Virus record (IMG/VR): IMGVR_UViG_3300010366_000051
Location: 1 to 28,006 of that record
From: a virus
Lineage: Duplodnaviria; Caudoviricetes
Length of the DNA stretch: 28,006 nucleotides
Direction: 5' to 3' (one strand)
A program made the translations under genes and the position numbers. How positions within the stretch are numbered: the stretch's first letter is position 1; the number at the start of each line of letters is the position of its first letter. This document shows positions 1 to 7,661 of the stretch, in pieces. The notes beneath the pieces were generated by a model. It did not search any database and had not been told where the DNA came from. It saw only the letters and a program-made list of their open reading frames with translations.

Positions 1-1
1 C

Positions 2-1036
2 ACGTACTCGCACGTCCTCACCCTCTGCCTCGCCCATCCGTGGAGCATCACGCCCGACATGCTGCCGATCGTCGCCGGCGTCCTGGCGCGCCACGTCGCG
101 TTGGGCCTGCACTGGACGCCCGACCTGCAGGCCGAGCACGACGCGGCGGTCGTCGCGGCCGTCGCCAATCGGAAGAATCTGCCGCAGCCGCGCGTCGGAT
201 CCGTCGCCGTCATTCCGGTGCACGGCGTCTTGGTGCCGCGCGGCGATGCGATGACCGAGGACTCCGGGCTGACCGCCTACCCCACGATCGCCAAGCAGCT
301 GCACGACGCCGTGCACGACGCCAGCGTCCGCAACATCGTGCTGGACGTCGACTCGCCGGGCGGTTCGGTCGCCGGCGTGCAGGAACTCGCGGCCGAGGTG
401 ATGCGGGCGCGCACGAAGAAACCCGTCATCGCGCAAGCGCAATACCTGATGGCGTCGGCGGCCTATCAGCTCGCGGCGGCCGCGACCGAAATCGTCGCGG
501 CGCCCTCCGCGCAAGTCGGCGGGATCGGCACCTACTCGATTCACGACGATCTGTCGGCCGCCTACGCCCAGCACGGCGTCAAGCGGACCTACATCTCGGC
601 GGGCACCGGGAAGGTCGACGGCAACAACACCGAGCCGCTGAGTGCGGCCGCGCTCGCGCGGCGCCAGCGATCGGTCGACGAGGCCTACGACGCGTTTGTC
701 ACGACGGTGGCGCGCGGCCGCGGCCAGGGCGCGACGGAAGCCAAGATCCGCGACGTCTGGGAAGCCCACGTGTACGGCGCCCGCGAGGCGAAGGACCTCG
801 GGCTGATCGACAAGATTGCCACGGCGGACCAGACGCTCGAACGCCTGCTCGATTCCGGCGACGCCGGCGATCGGGCGGCGCTCGCCGCTCGAGATGACGA
901 CGACGCGTCCGTCGACACGCCGCAGGCCTGCGCGTCCGCAGGATCCGGTCAGGATCGACGCCGCGATGATCTGCTCGGCCACCGCCTGCTGGAACGGCAG
1001 TGGTTCGAGCAGCAGGACCGGGAACTCACGGAGTGA
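2..1036 (+). CDS. S49 (SppA/ClpP-like) prohead maturation protease, 5'-truncated
   Basis: Motifs VAVIPVHGVL, IVLDVDSPGGSVAG, MASAAY, VGGIG; frame is open from base 2 (TYSHVLTLCLAHPWSITPDM...), so the true start is probably upstream of the window; precedes the capsid gene. Confidence 0.9.
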   Translation, partial: TYSHVLTLCLAHPWSITPDMLPIVAGVLARHVALGLHWTPDLQAEHDAAVVAAVANRKNLPQPRVGSVAVIPVHGVLVPRGDAMTEDSGLTAYPTIAKQLHDAVHDASVRNIVLDVDSPGGSVAGVQELAAEVMRARTKKPVIAQAQYLMASAAYQLAAAATEIVAAPSAQVGGIGTYSIHDDLSAAYAQHGVKRTYISAGTGKVDGNNTEPLSAAALARRQRSVDEAYDAFVTTVARGRGQGATEAKIRDVWEAHVYGAREAKDLGLIDKIATADQTLERLLDSGDAGDRAALAARDDDDASVDTPQACASAGSGQDRRRDDLLGHRLLERQWFEQQDRELTE

Positions 1037-1040
1037 CCCC

Positions 1041-2330
1041 ATGCGGATGATCAACACCGACGTGCTCGTCGACGACCATCGCAAGAAAGCCGAGGCGGCG
1101 CGCGCGCTCTTCGCCAAGACGATGGAGACGTGTGACGCGCACGAAGACAAACTGCCCGACGGCACGATCGCGAAAGGCCGCGCGATGACGGCCGACGAAC
1201 GCGCCGCCGTCCAGAAACTGATGGACGAGGCGAACGCCATCAAAGCGCGCCTGGTCGAGGCGCAGACCGGCAACCAACTGGGCGAGGCCATCGACAAGCT
1301 CACGGCCGGCATGACCGCGACGGATCGCCGCGAAACCACGGCGGCGGCGGTAAAGTCGTTCGGCCAACAGTGGGTCGAGGGCGAGGGCGGCCAGTTCTTC
1401 TTCAAGAAACAGCATCACGGCACGCGCAACTGGTCGTCGCCGGCGATGGAATTCGCGGAACCCGATCGCCGCGCGACGACGCTCACCACCCAGACGGGAT
1501 CGGGCGGCGCGCTGATCATCCCGCAGTACATGCCCGGCATTCTGCCGCTGCTCTTTCGCCCCTTGAAGATTCGCGATCTGCTCGCGAGCGGCAACACCGA
1601 CTCCCCGCTCATCGTCTACATGGTCGAGAGCACGTTCACCAACGCGGCGGCCGCCGTCGCCGAAGGCGCGGCGAAGCCGGAAAGCGCGATGGTCTTCGCG
1701 CAGGTGCAGGAGGCCGTCTCGAAAATCGCGCACTTCATTCCGGTGACGGAAGAGATGCTCGAAGACGTCCCGCAAATCGCCTCCTACATCGACACGCGGC
1801 TGCTGACCGGGCTCGACCTCACCGAAGAGGATCAACTCCTCAACGGCAACGGCACGGCGCCGAACCTGCGCGGCATCTTGAACCGCACGGGCATTCAGAC
1901 CACGGCGGTCGGCACGGCGCCCGTCGAGACGACGCCCGACGCCGTCTACCGGGCGGCGATGCAGGTGTTCTACAGCGCGTGGGTGATGCCGACGGGCATC
2001 GTGATGAACCCGACGAACTGGAACCACGTCGCGGTCATGAAGGACACGCTCGGCCGGTACCTCGGATCGGGTCCGTGGGCGCCCTCGCAGACGCCGATGC
2101 TCTGGGGCCTGCCGATCGCGGTCACGCCCGCGATCGCGGCCGGCACCGCGCTCATCGGGGCGTTCGACTCCCAGGCGCAGGTCTTCGCGCGCGGCGGCAC
2201 GCGCGTCGAGGCCTCGAACAGCCACCAGGACTTCTTCGTGAAGAATTTGGTCGCGATCCGCGCCGAGCGGCGCCTCGCCCTGGCCGTCTACCGGCCGGCG
2301 GCGTTCATCACGCTCACGGCGATTCTGTAA
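1041..2330 (+). CDS. Major capsid protein, HK97 fold, with N-terminal coiled-coil delta (scaffold) domain
   Basis: GGAG RBS then ATG 1041; motifs GGALIIPQ, VAEGAAKPES, KIAHFIPVTEEMLED, NGNGTAPNLRGIL, FVKNLVAIRAERRLALAVYRPAAF. Confidence 0.95.
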   Translation: MRMINTDVLVDDHRKKAEAARALFAKTMETCDAHEDKLPDGTIAKGRAMTADERAAVQKLMDEANAIKARLVEAQTGNQLGEAIDKLTAGMTATDRRETTAAAVKSFGQQWVEGEGGQFFFKKQHHGTRNWSSPAMEFAEPDRRATTLTTQTGSGGALIIPQYMPGILPLLFRPLKIRDLLASGNTDSPLIVYMVESTFTNAAAAVAEGAAKPESAMVFAQVQEAVSKIAHFIPVTEEMLEDVPQIASYIDTRLLTGLDLTEEDQLLNGNGTAPNLRGILNRTGIQTTAVGTAPVETTPDAVYRAAMQVFYSAWVMPTGIVMNPTNWNHVAVMKDTLGRYLGSGPWAPSQTPMLWGLPIAVTPAIAAGTALIGAFDSQAQVFARGGTRVEASNSHQDFFVKNLVAIRAERRLALAVYRPAAFITLTAIL

Positions 2331-2342
2331 CCACTGACGTCA

Positions 2343-2373
2343 TCTGACTCCGGGTCATTGACTCGGAGTCAGA
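2343..2373. repeat. 31-bp near-perfect palindrome made of two TGAC-N5-GTCA boxes
   Basis: TCTGACTCCGGGTCA-T-TGACTCGGAGTCAGA with one mismatch (G-U pair in RNA); TGACGTCA at 2335-2342 just upstream. Confidence 0.85.
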
Positions 2374-2397
2374 CAACCGAAGTCACAGGAGGAACCG

Positions 2398-2592
2398 ATG
2401 GCCGATTACCACTTCGACGGGACGACGACGTTCGTGCCGGGCGAATCGAACGACCGCGCGTCGACGGCCGGCGTCAAGGCCGAGGCCGAGGCCGCCGCCG
2501 AGCACGGCGAGACCGGCGGCGTCCAGCATCCCGGGCCGCCCCCGACGGTGCCGGGCCACGCGGGCCACGCCCCGCCGCATCGCGCGAAGTAA
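2398..2592 (+). CDS. Small Pro/Ala/His-rich hypothetical protein
   Basis: Strong AGGAGG RBS; fills the gap after the capsid gene. Confidence 0.7.
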   Translation: MADYHFDGTTTFVPGESNDRASTAGVKAEAEAAAEHGETGGVQHPGPPPTVPGHAGHAPPHRAK

Positions 2593-2598
2593 CCCGCG

Positions 2599-2880
2599 AT
2601 GTACTTCAAGCACGATCCCGGTCCCTGCCCCGTCGATGACGCGCCGCACACCACGTGTGTCGCGCCAACGGCGGGGACGCTGCGGACGCCGATGTTCACG
2701 CAACGCGACGGCGTCGTCGAGCCGCCACTCGTGGGCAGCGTCGCGGCGCCCGCGCGGGTCGGCGCCGTCACGCCGCCGCTGCTGGCCGAGACGATCCAAG
2801 CCACGCTCCCCGAGGGCCAGGTCACGACGGCCACCTACCGTCGCCCCAAACGGCCCGACGGCAAACGCCCCGGAGGCTGA
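2599..2880 (+). CDS. Hypothetical head-module protein (Pro-rich, basic C-terminus)
   Basis: Tight operon spacing and typical codon usage. Confidence 0.65.
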   Translation: MYFKHDPGPCPVDDAPHTTCVAPTAGTLRTPMFTQRDGVVEPPLVGSVAAPARVGAVTPPLLAETIQATLPEGQVTTATYRRPKRPDGKRPGG

Positions 2881-2882
2881 AC

Positions 2883-3428
2883 ATGCGCCCGACGCTCCTC
2901 TTCGCGACGATGCTCCTCCTCGTCGGCTGCGCCACGAGCAACCCGAACGTCCAGTTCGGCGTCGGGCTCGCGCAAGTCGTCGCGAACACGAACGTCCCGA
3001 CCGGGGCGACCGTCAACAGCCGCGGCACGGTCGACGAGACGCAGGCGCTCGACAAATCGCCGCAGCTCGTCGTCGAGGTGCACAAGACGTTCGCGCTCGG
3101 CAGCGCGACGATCGGCCCCATGGTCGGCGTCGTCCTGCCGAAGGTCCGCATCGGCGAAGAAAGCGAAAAGCCGTCGCGCAAGGACGAACCGCTGGGGTTC
3201 GGGATCGGCGGCCTCGAAACCTTCAAACTCGGATCCGAGGGCGAGCGGCGGATCCACGTCGGCGTGCTCTGGGAGTTCATGACGATCGAGCACCTGTCCT
3301 CGCTCTGGCAGCAAGGCAAGGCGGCGCCGACCGACCGCGCGGGCTTGCCGCTGCCGCCGACCGTCGCCGACGGCCTCGTGCAACGCGGGATGATTATCGT
3401 CACGGTCTCGGGCATCTTCGCCAAATGA
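2883..3428 (+). CDS. Putative lipoprotein, beta-strand rich
   Basis: MRPTLLFATMLLLVG-C has a basic N-terminus, hydrophobic core and LVGC lipobox; alternating beta-strand patterns; ATGA overlap with next gene. Confidence 0.75.
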   Translation: MRPTLLFATMLLLVGCATSNPNVQFGVGLAQVVANTNVPTGATVNSRGTVDETQALDKSPQLVVEVHKTFALGSATIGPMVGVVLPKVRIGEESEKPSRKDEPLGFGIGGLETFKLGSEGERRIHVGVLWEFMTIEHLSSLWQQGKAAPTDRAGLPLPPTVADGLVQRGMIIVTVSGIFAK

Positions 3429-4114
3429 GTTGGGCCACCGACACCTATCGCGGGGGCTGGTACGGCGGCCCGTGGTATGCGAGCTGGCGCGACCGCCTGC
3501 CGCGCCTGCCGCACGTCATCTCGATCTGCACCGCGCCGCCGACCGAGGAACCGCTCACGCTCGACGAGGCGAAGCTCGCCGCCAACTTCACGTGGACGAG
3601 CCCGGACGAACGGGACGCGCAGCTGCTCCGGTTCGTCAAAGCGGCGCGCGCGAAAGTGGAGCTCGACACCGCCCTCGCGCTCCTCACGCAAACGCGCGAG
3701 GTCTATCTCGACGTCGTCTCGAGCAGCATCATCATCCTGCCCGAGCACTGTCTGCCGCTGCAGCAGGTCGTCTCGATCGTCACGATTGGGCGCGACGGCA
3801 CGGCGACCACGATGAACCCCGCGAGCTACGTGGTCGACGCGGTCGGCGGCCGCATCGCGCTCGCCGAGTCCGCGCAGTGGCCGAGCGACCTGCGCAGCTT
3901 TCAGCCGTGGACGATCACGGTCATCGCGGGCTGGGCGACGGCCGCCGACCTGGCCGACCAGGCGCCGGTGCTGCGCCACATGGTCGAACTGCTGACCGCG
4001 CACTACGCCACGCTGGGCCGCGACCTGGCGACGATCGAGCGCGGCACGCTCGATCAGATTCCGCAGGGCTACCTCGATCTGCTGGCGCCCTACGCGCCCG
4101 TCACGGTGATCTGA
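3425..4114 (+). CDS. Head-tail connector/adaptor (HK97 gp6-like)
   Basis: PPTEEPLTLDEAK, AARAKVELDTALALLTQT, ITVIAGW, LLAPY; position after capsid. Confidence 0.85.
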   Translation: MSWATDTYRGGWYGGPWYASWRDRLPRLPHVISICTAPPTEEPLTLDEAKLAANFTWTSPDERDAQLLRFVKAARAKVELDTALALLTQTREVYLDVVSSSIIILPEHCLPLQQVVSIVTIGRDGTATTMNPASYVVDAVGGRIALAESAQWPSDLRSFQPWTITVIAGWATAADLADQAPVLRHMVELLTAHYATLGRDLATIERGTLDQIPQGYLDLLAPYAPVTVI

Positions 4115-4115
4115 C

Positions 4116-4496
4116 ATGCCGCAACCCGGGATCGGCTCGCTCATCGGCCCGCGCACGGCGATCGCGACGAAGCGGGATCGGATCGACATTCAGAATCCGA
4201 GCGGCCCGGCCACGCCCGACAACGGCGAGTACGTGCAACCGTACGCCGCCGACGGCTACGCCTACGGGAGCATCGATCCCGCGACGCCCGCGCGCCTGGA
4301 GCGGTTTACGCGCGCGGGCAACATCGCCTCGGCGTCCCACGTCATCACGATCGACTACCGCACGAACATCACGACGCGGACCCGGCTGTTCTTCACCGAC
4401 CGCACGGGGCAACGGCGGTTCGACGTGCTGGGCTACGCCTCGCCCATGAATCTCGGTGTGCAGCTGGAACTGGTCTGTCAGGAGATCATGCCGTGA
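4116..4496 (+). CDS. Head closure protein (SPP1 gp16/lambda FII-like)
   Basis: KRDRIDIQNP, SHVITIDYRTNITTRTRL, LELVCQE; synteny. Confidence 0.8.
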   Translation: MPQPGIGSLIGPRTAIATKRDRIDIQNPSGPATPDNGEYVQPYAADGYAYGSIDPATPARLERFTRAGNIASASHVITIDYRTNITTRTRLFFTDRTGQRRFDVLGYASPMNLGVQLELVCQEIMP

Positions 4497-4906
4497 CCGG
4501 CGTCACGCTCACCTTCCACGGCCTGCAGGAACTGAAGGCCGATCTCCGGCAGCTGCCGGCCGCGCTGACCGGCGAAGCGATCCACCTCGTGCAGGCTGAA
4601 GGCAACGCCGCCGCGTTCGCGATTCGCGGCGCCTATCCCGAGGTCACCGGGCACTTGCGCCAAGGCGTCGGCGTCGAGCCGATCCAGCGGACCCAGTTCT
4701 TCGCCGGCGTCCGCGTGGTCAGCCGCGCCCCGCACGCGCACCTCTACGAATACGGCACGCAGGTGCGGCACACGGCGCTCGGCGCCAATCGCGGCGCCAG
4801 TCCGCCGCACCCGGTCTTCGTGCCCCGGATGATCCAGGCGCGCGCGCGGATGTATGCGGGCCTGGCCGACCTCCTCGTGCGCCACGGCCTGCGCGCGATC
4901 GGATGA
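4493..4906 (+). CDS. HK97 gp10-like neck/tail-completion protein
   Basis: GLQELKADL, TGHLRQG, APHAHLYEYGT, PHPVFVP. Confidence 0.85.
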   Translation: MTGVTLTFHGLQELKADLRQLPAALTGEAIHLVQAEGNAAAFAIRGAYPEVTGHLRQGVGVEPIQRTQFFAGVRVVSRAPHAHLYEYGTQVRHTALGANRGASPPHPVFVPRMIQARARMYAGLADLLVRHGLRAIG

Positions 4907-4917
4907 AAGGACGGATT

Positions 4918-5913
4918 ATGACGCCCACCACGCTCGACCCCGTGCTCGACGCCCCGCCGCGTCGACGATCGCTCGGGCACCAGTTCGTCGAGGCCGACGG
5001 CTTCGACTTCTTCCGGCGCGGCGGCCACAAACACAGCGGCGCGTGGACGGCGCCGCCGATCGTCGTCGCCGCCGACGTCGACGTCACACCCGCGAGCATC
5101 ATCACGTCGGGTGGCTTGACGCTCGGCCAGGTCGAGCCGATGCGCGCGCGGCCGACCCTGCCGACGGTCGCGTCGCTCCTCGCGCAAGGCCGCACGACAG
5201 CGAACGCCATCCTCTTCCCGTACGAGGTGACGCCGAATGCGCTCTTGAAATTCGCGGCGACCGCCGAGGCCGCGGCGAAAGCGACGATGACGCTCGGCAC
5301 GTTGCAGCTCTGGACCGCGCCGGTCACGAAAGCGGCGGGCATCGTGCCGGTGACCGAGGAACAGTTCGACGACATCCCCGGCCTCGTGGCCTACATCGAC
5401 AGTCGGCTCGCGCGCGCGGCCGATCTCGCGGTCGATGCCGATCTGCTGGCGCAGATCGCCGCGCTCCCCGGCCTCACGGCCCCCTACGTGAAGGCGCAGA
5501 GCAATGCGGCCGCGCTCCTGGCGCAGGCCTGCAAGGTCTTCGTCGCCAGCGGCTACATCCCGGACGCGATCGTGCTGCACCCGGCGGCGCTCTGGGGCAC
5601 GCTCACCCTCGCCGGCCAGGAACTCGTCGGCGCCGACACGGACTCCGTACTCTCGATGAGCAATCTGTATCTCTACGGCATGCGGCTGGTGCCGAGTCCC
5701 ATCGTGCCGGATCCGACCATCGCCTACGTCGGCGCGTTCGGGACGGCGGGCCAGATTTTCTGGCGCGACGAGTTCGCGATTGAGGTCTCGAACAGCCACG
5801 TCGACACGTTCATCAAGAACACGCTGACGCTCCGGGGCGAGCGGCGCTACGCGTTTGCGAGCTACTGCAATCCGGCGTTCGGCACGGTGACGGGCCTCAC
5901 GGTGCTGACATGA
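4918..5913 (+). CDS. Second, diverged HK97-fold capsid protein lacking the delta domain (alternative start 4903)
   Basis: Collinear with 1041-2330: SLGHQFVEADG vs SFGQQWVEGEG; VPVTEEQFDDIP..YIDSRL vs IPVTEEMLEDVP..YIDTRL; EVSNSHVDTFIKN..RGERR vs EASNSHQDFFVKN..RAERR. Confidence 0.9.
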   Translation: MTPTTLDPVLDAPPRRRSLGHQFVEADGFDFFRRGGHKHSGAWTAPPIVVAADVDVTPASIITSGGLTLGQVEPMRARPTLPTVASLLAQGRTTANAILFPYEVTPNALLKFAATAEAAAKATMTLGTLQLWTAPVTKAAGIVPVTEEQFDDIPGLVAYIDSRLARAADLAVDADLLAQIAALPGLTAPYVKAQSNAAALLAQACKVFVASGYIPDAIVLHPAALWGTLTLAGQELVGADTDSVLSMSNLYLYGMRLVPSPIVPDPTIAYVGAFGTAGQIFWRDEFAIEVSNSHVDTFIKNTLTLRGERRYAFASYCNPAFGTVTGLTVLT

Positions 5914-6350
5914 CGCCAACGCCCGACAGTTCGCTCGTCGACGACGCGCTGACGACGCTCCTGCTCAACGACGCGACGCTGCAGTCGCTCTTGCCGGACG
6001 GCATCTGGTGGGACCTCGCCGGCAAGACCGACCGGCCGCCGACGCGGTTCTGTGTGCTGACGCACGTGAGCCACACCGACGTGCCGGTCTTCGGCGGCCG
6101 CGGCTATGAGGACTACGTCTACCAGGTCAAAGCGGTGATGCTCAACGCGCTCAGCGTCGACATCAAGGCGGCGGCGCACCGCTTCGACGAGCTGCTCGAC
6201 GACGGCACCCTGACGGTGCCGGGCTACGCGTTCATGGCGATGTTCCGCGAATCGCGGATCCGCTATCCCGAGGTCGACGCCGAGAACGCGTCGATCCGGT
6301 GGCTGCATCGCGGCGGCCACTATCGCGTCCAGGTCGCGATCCCGACCTGA
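5910..6350 (+). CDS. Tail terminator/tail-completion protein
   Basis: ALTTLLLNDATLQSLLPDGIWWD N-terminus, HRGGHYRV C-terminus; directly before tail tube. Confidence 0.75.
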   Translation: MTPTPDSSLVDDALTTLLLNDATLQSLLPDGIWWDLAGKTDRPPTRFCVLTHVSHTDVPVFGGRGYEDYVYQVKAVMLNALSVDIKAAAHRFDELLDDGTLTVPGYAFMAMFRESRIRYPEVDAENASIRWLHRGGHYRVQVAIPT

Positions 6351-6433
6351 CCACGCCGGACGTTCTCACGGCACCGACCCCACGAGCGACACAACGGACG
6401 ACCGACCCACGGACGACGCACTAGGAGGATCAG

Positions 6434-6868
6434 ATGGCAATCTTGACGGGCCGCTACGGAGAAGTCCTACTCGACCCTGCGCCCCCCGCTTCGCCGGGCA
6501 CCCCGGCGCCGGTCGCGATCATCTCCATCAACGCATGGAAAGCCTCGTTCAAAACGCCGAAGGAAGACGTCACGTGCTTCGGCGACACCAACAAGGTCTA
6601 CGTCCCGGGCATGAAGGACGTGCAGGGCACGATCGCGGGCTTCTGGAACTCGGTCGCCGGCGGCGCGGGCGTCCTCTTCGACGCCGCCGATGCCGCAGTG
6701 CCGGGGTTCCTGAAACTGATCCCGAACAACACGGCCGCCGAGAACAAATGGTTCTGGTCGGGCCTGGCGAATCTCGACGCCGAGATCGACTGCACGGTTG
6801 AGGGCGCGCCGAAAATCACGAGCGATTTCACGGCGGCCGGGCCGTGGGCCCGCGCGGTCGGCCCCTGA
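6434..6868 (+). CDS. Major tail tube protein
   Basis: AGGAGG RBS; MAILTGRYG, EDVTCFGD..KVYVPGMKD.QGTIAGFW, WSGLA, FTAAG. Confidence 0.85.
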   Translation: MAILTGRYGEVLLDPAPPASPGTPAPVAIISINAWKASFKTPKEDVTCFGDTNKVYVPGMKDVQGTIAGFWNSVAGGAGVLFDAADAAVPGFLKLIPNNTAAENKWFWSGLANLDAEIDCTVEGAPKITSDFTAAGPWARAVGP

Positions 6869-6880
6869 TCGTCGGCCGTC

Positions 6881-7168
6881 GTGTTTCACTCCCTCGCGAT
6901 TCGGGGGGCCGACGGCGTCATCCTCGCCGGCGCAGAGAAGGCGGCGCTGCTCGCGCGGTGGTCGATCACGCGCGAGATCGATCCCAAGCGCGGCCCGTGG
7001 GTGCTCTCGGCGGCGTGTCTGCGCCTCGACCGCTATTACTGCGGCACCCGGCCGCTCTATTTCACCGCGCGCAAACTCGGCGGCGGCCGCTGGTGCTGGC
7101 CGGTCCTCGACCTGCAGCTGACCGGCCGCGACACGCTCACGGCGCGTCTCGGCCACCCGGAGCAATGA
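6881..7168 (+). CDS. Hypothetical tail-module protein
   Basis: GTG start; fills the gap between tube and chaperone; ATGA overlap. Confidence 0.6.
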   Translation: MFHSLAIRGADGVILAGAEKAALLARWSITREIDPKRGPWVLSAACLRLDRYYCGTRPLYFTARKLGGGRWCWPVLDLQLTGRDTLTARLGHPEQ

Positions 7169-7548
7169 CCATGGACGATTTGAATAGCTGGTTCGTGCGG
7201 CCCGAGACCGTCGTGCTGCCGCTGTCCGGCGGCGCGACGATCACGGTGCGCAAGCGGCTGAACAACGGCCAGCAGCGCGACATGTTCACGCGGATGTATG
7301 TCGGCGGTGTTACGCCCGACACCGTCAACAAATGGGTCACCGGTCGATCGCTGATCGTCGCGTATCTGGTCGGCTGGAATCTGCCCGTCGAGATTGACGA
7401 CCTCTCGGCGGACGACCTCGGCACGCTCCTCGACAGGCTGGACCCCGACCGCTTCGCTGAACTGAAGACGGCGGTCGAAGCGCACCGCGACCGGCAGGAG
7501 GCCCTCGCCGAGGAAGAAAAAAAAATCCTCACTGGCGTGACGCCGTGA
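7165..7548 (+). CDS. Tail assembly chaperone (lambda gpG-like)
   Basis: Position before tape measure; AYLVGWNL motif; ends EEKK over an A9 slippery run. Confidence 0.8.
   Translation: MTMDDLNSWFVRPETVVLPLSGGATITVRKRLNNGQQRDMFTRMYVGGVTPDTVNKWVTGRSLIVAYLVGWNLPVEIDDLSADDLGTLLDRLDPDRFAELKTAVEAHRDRQEALAEEEKKILTGVTP
7517..7525 (+). other. Programmed -1 ribosomal frameshift slippery site (A AAA AAA)
   Basis: GAA AAA AAA ATC; the -1 frame stays open to TGA at 7659-7661. Confidence 0.85.
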
Positions 7549-7661
7549 TCAGCGACCTCGCGATCTGTCGGCACATGGGGTGGACCTACGACCAGGTCCG
7601 CGCGCTCCCCGTCGACATCTACGACGTGCTGATTGAGGAACTCGCTAAGGAGCGGGGCTGA
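7524..7661 (+). CDS. gpT-like -1 frameshift extension of tail chaperone
   Basis: -1 frame reads NPHWRDAVISDLAICRHMGWTYDQVRALPVDIYDVLIEELAKERG*; the stop overlaps the tape measure ATG (TGATG). Confidence 0.8.
   Translation, partial: NPHWRDAVISDLAICRHMGWTYDQVRALPVDIYDVLIEELAKERG

Noticed and set aside
816-1040. Upstream extension of the capsid ORF (504 aa)
   Set aside because: Overlaps the protease gene and is low-complexity; RBS supports ATG 1041/1047
2343-2373. Rho-independent terminator
   Set aside because: No U-tract on either strand; kept as an unexplained palindrome
4903-5913. Second capsid as assembly artefact or encapsulin
   Set aside because: Too diverged at DNA level to be a misassembled duplicate, joined by ATGA overlaps, and closest in motifs to this phage's own capsid
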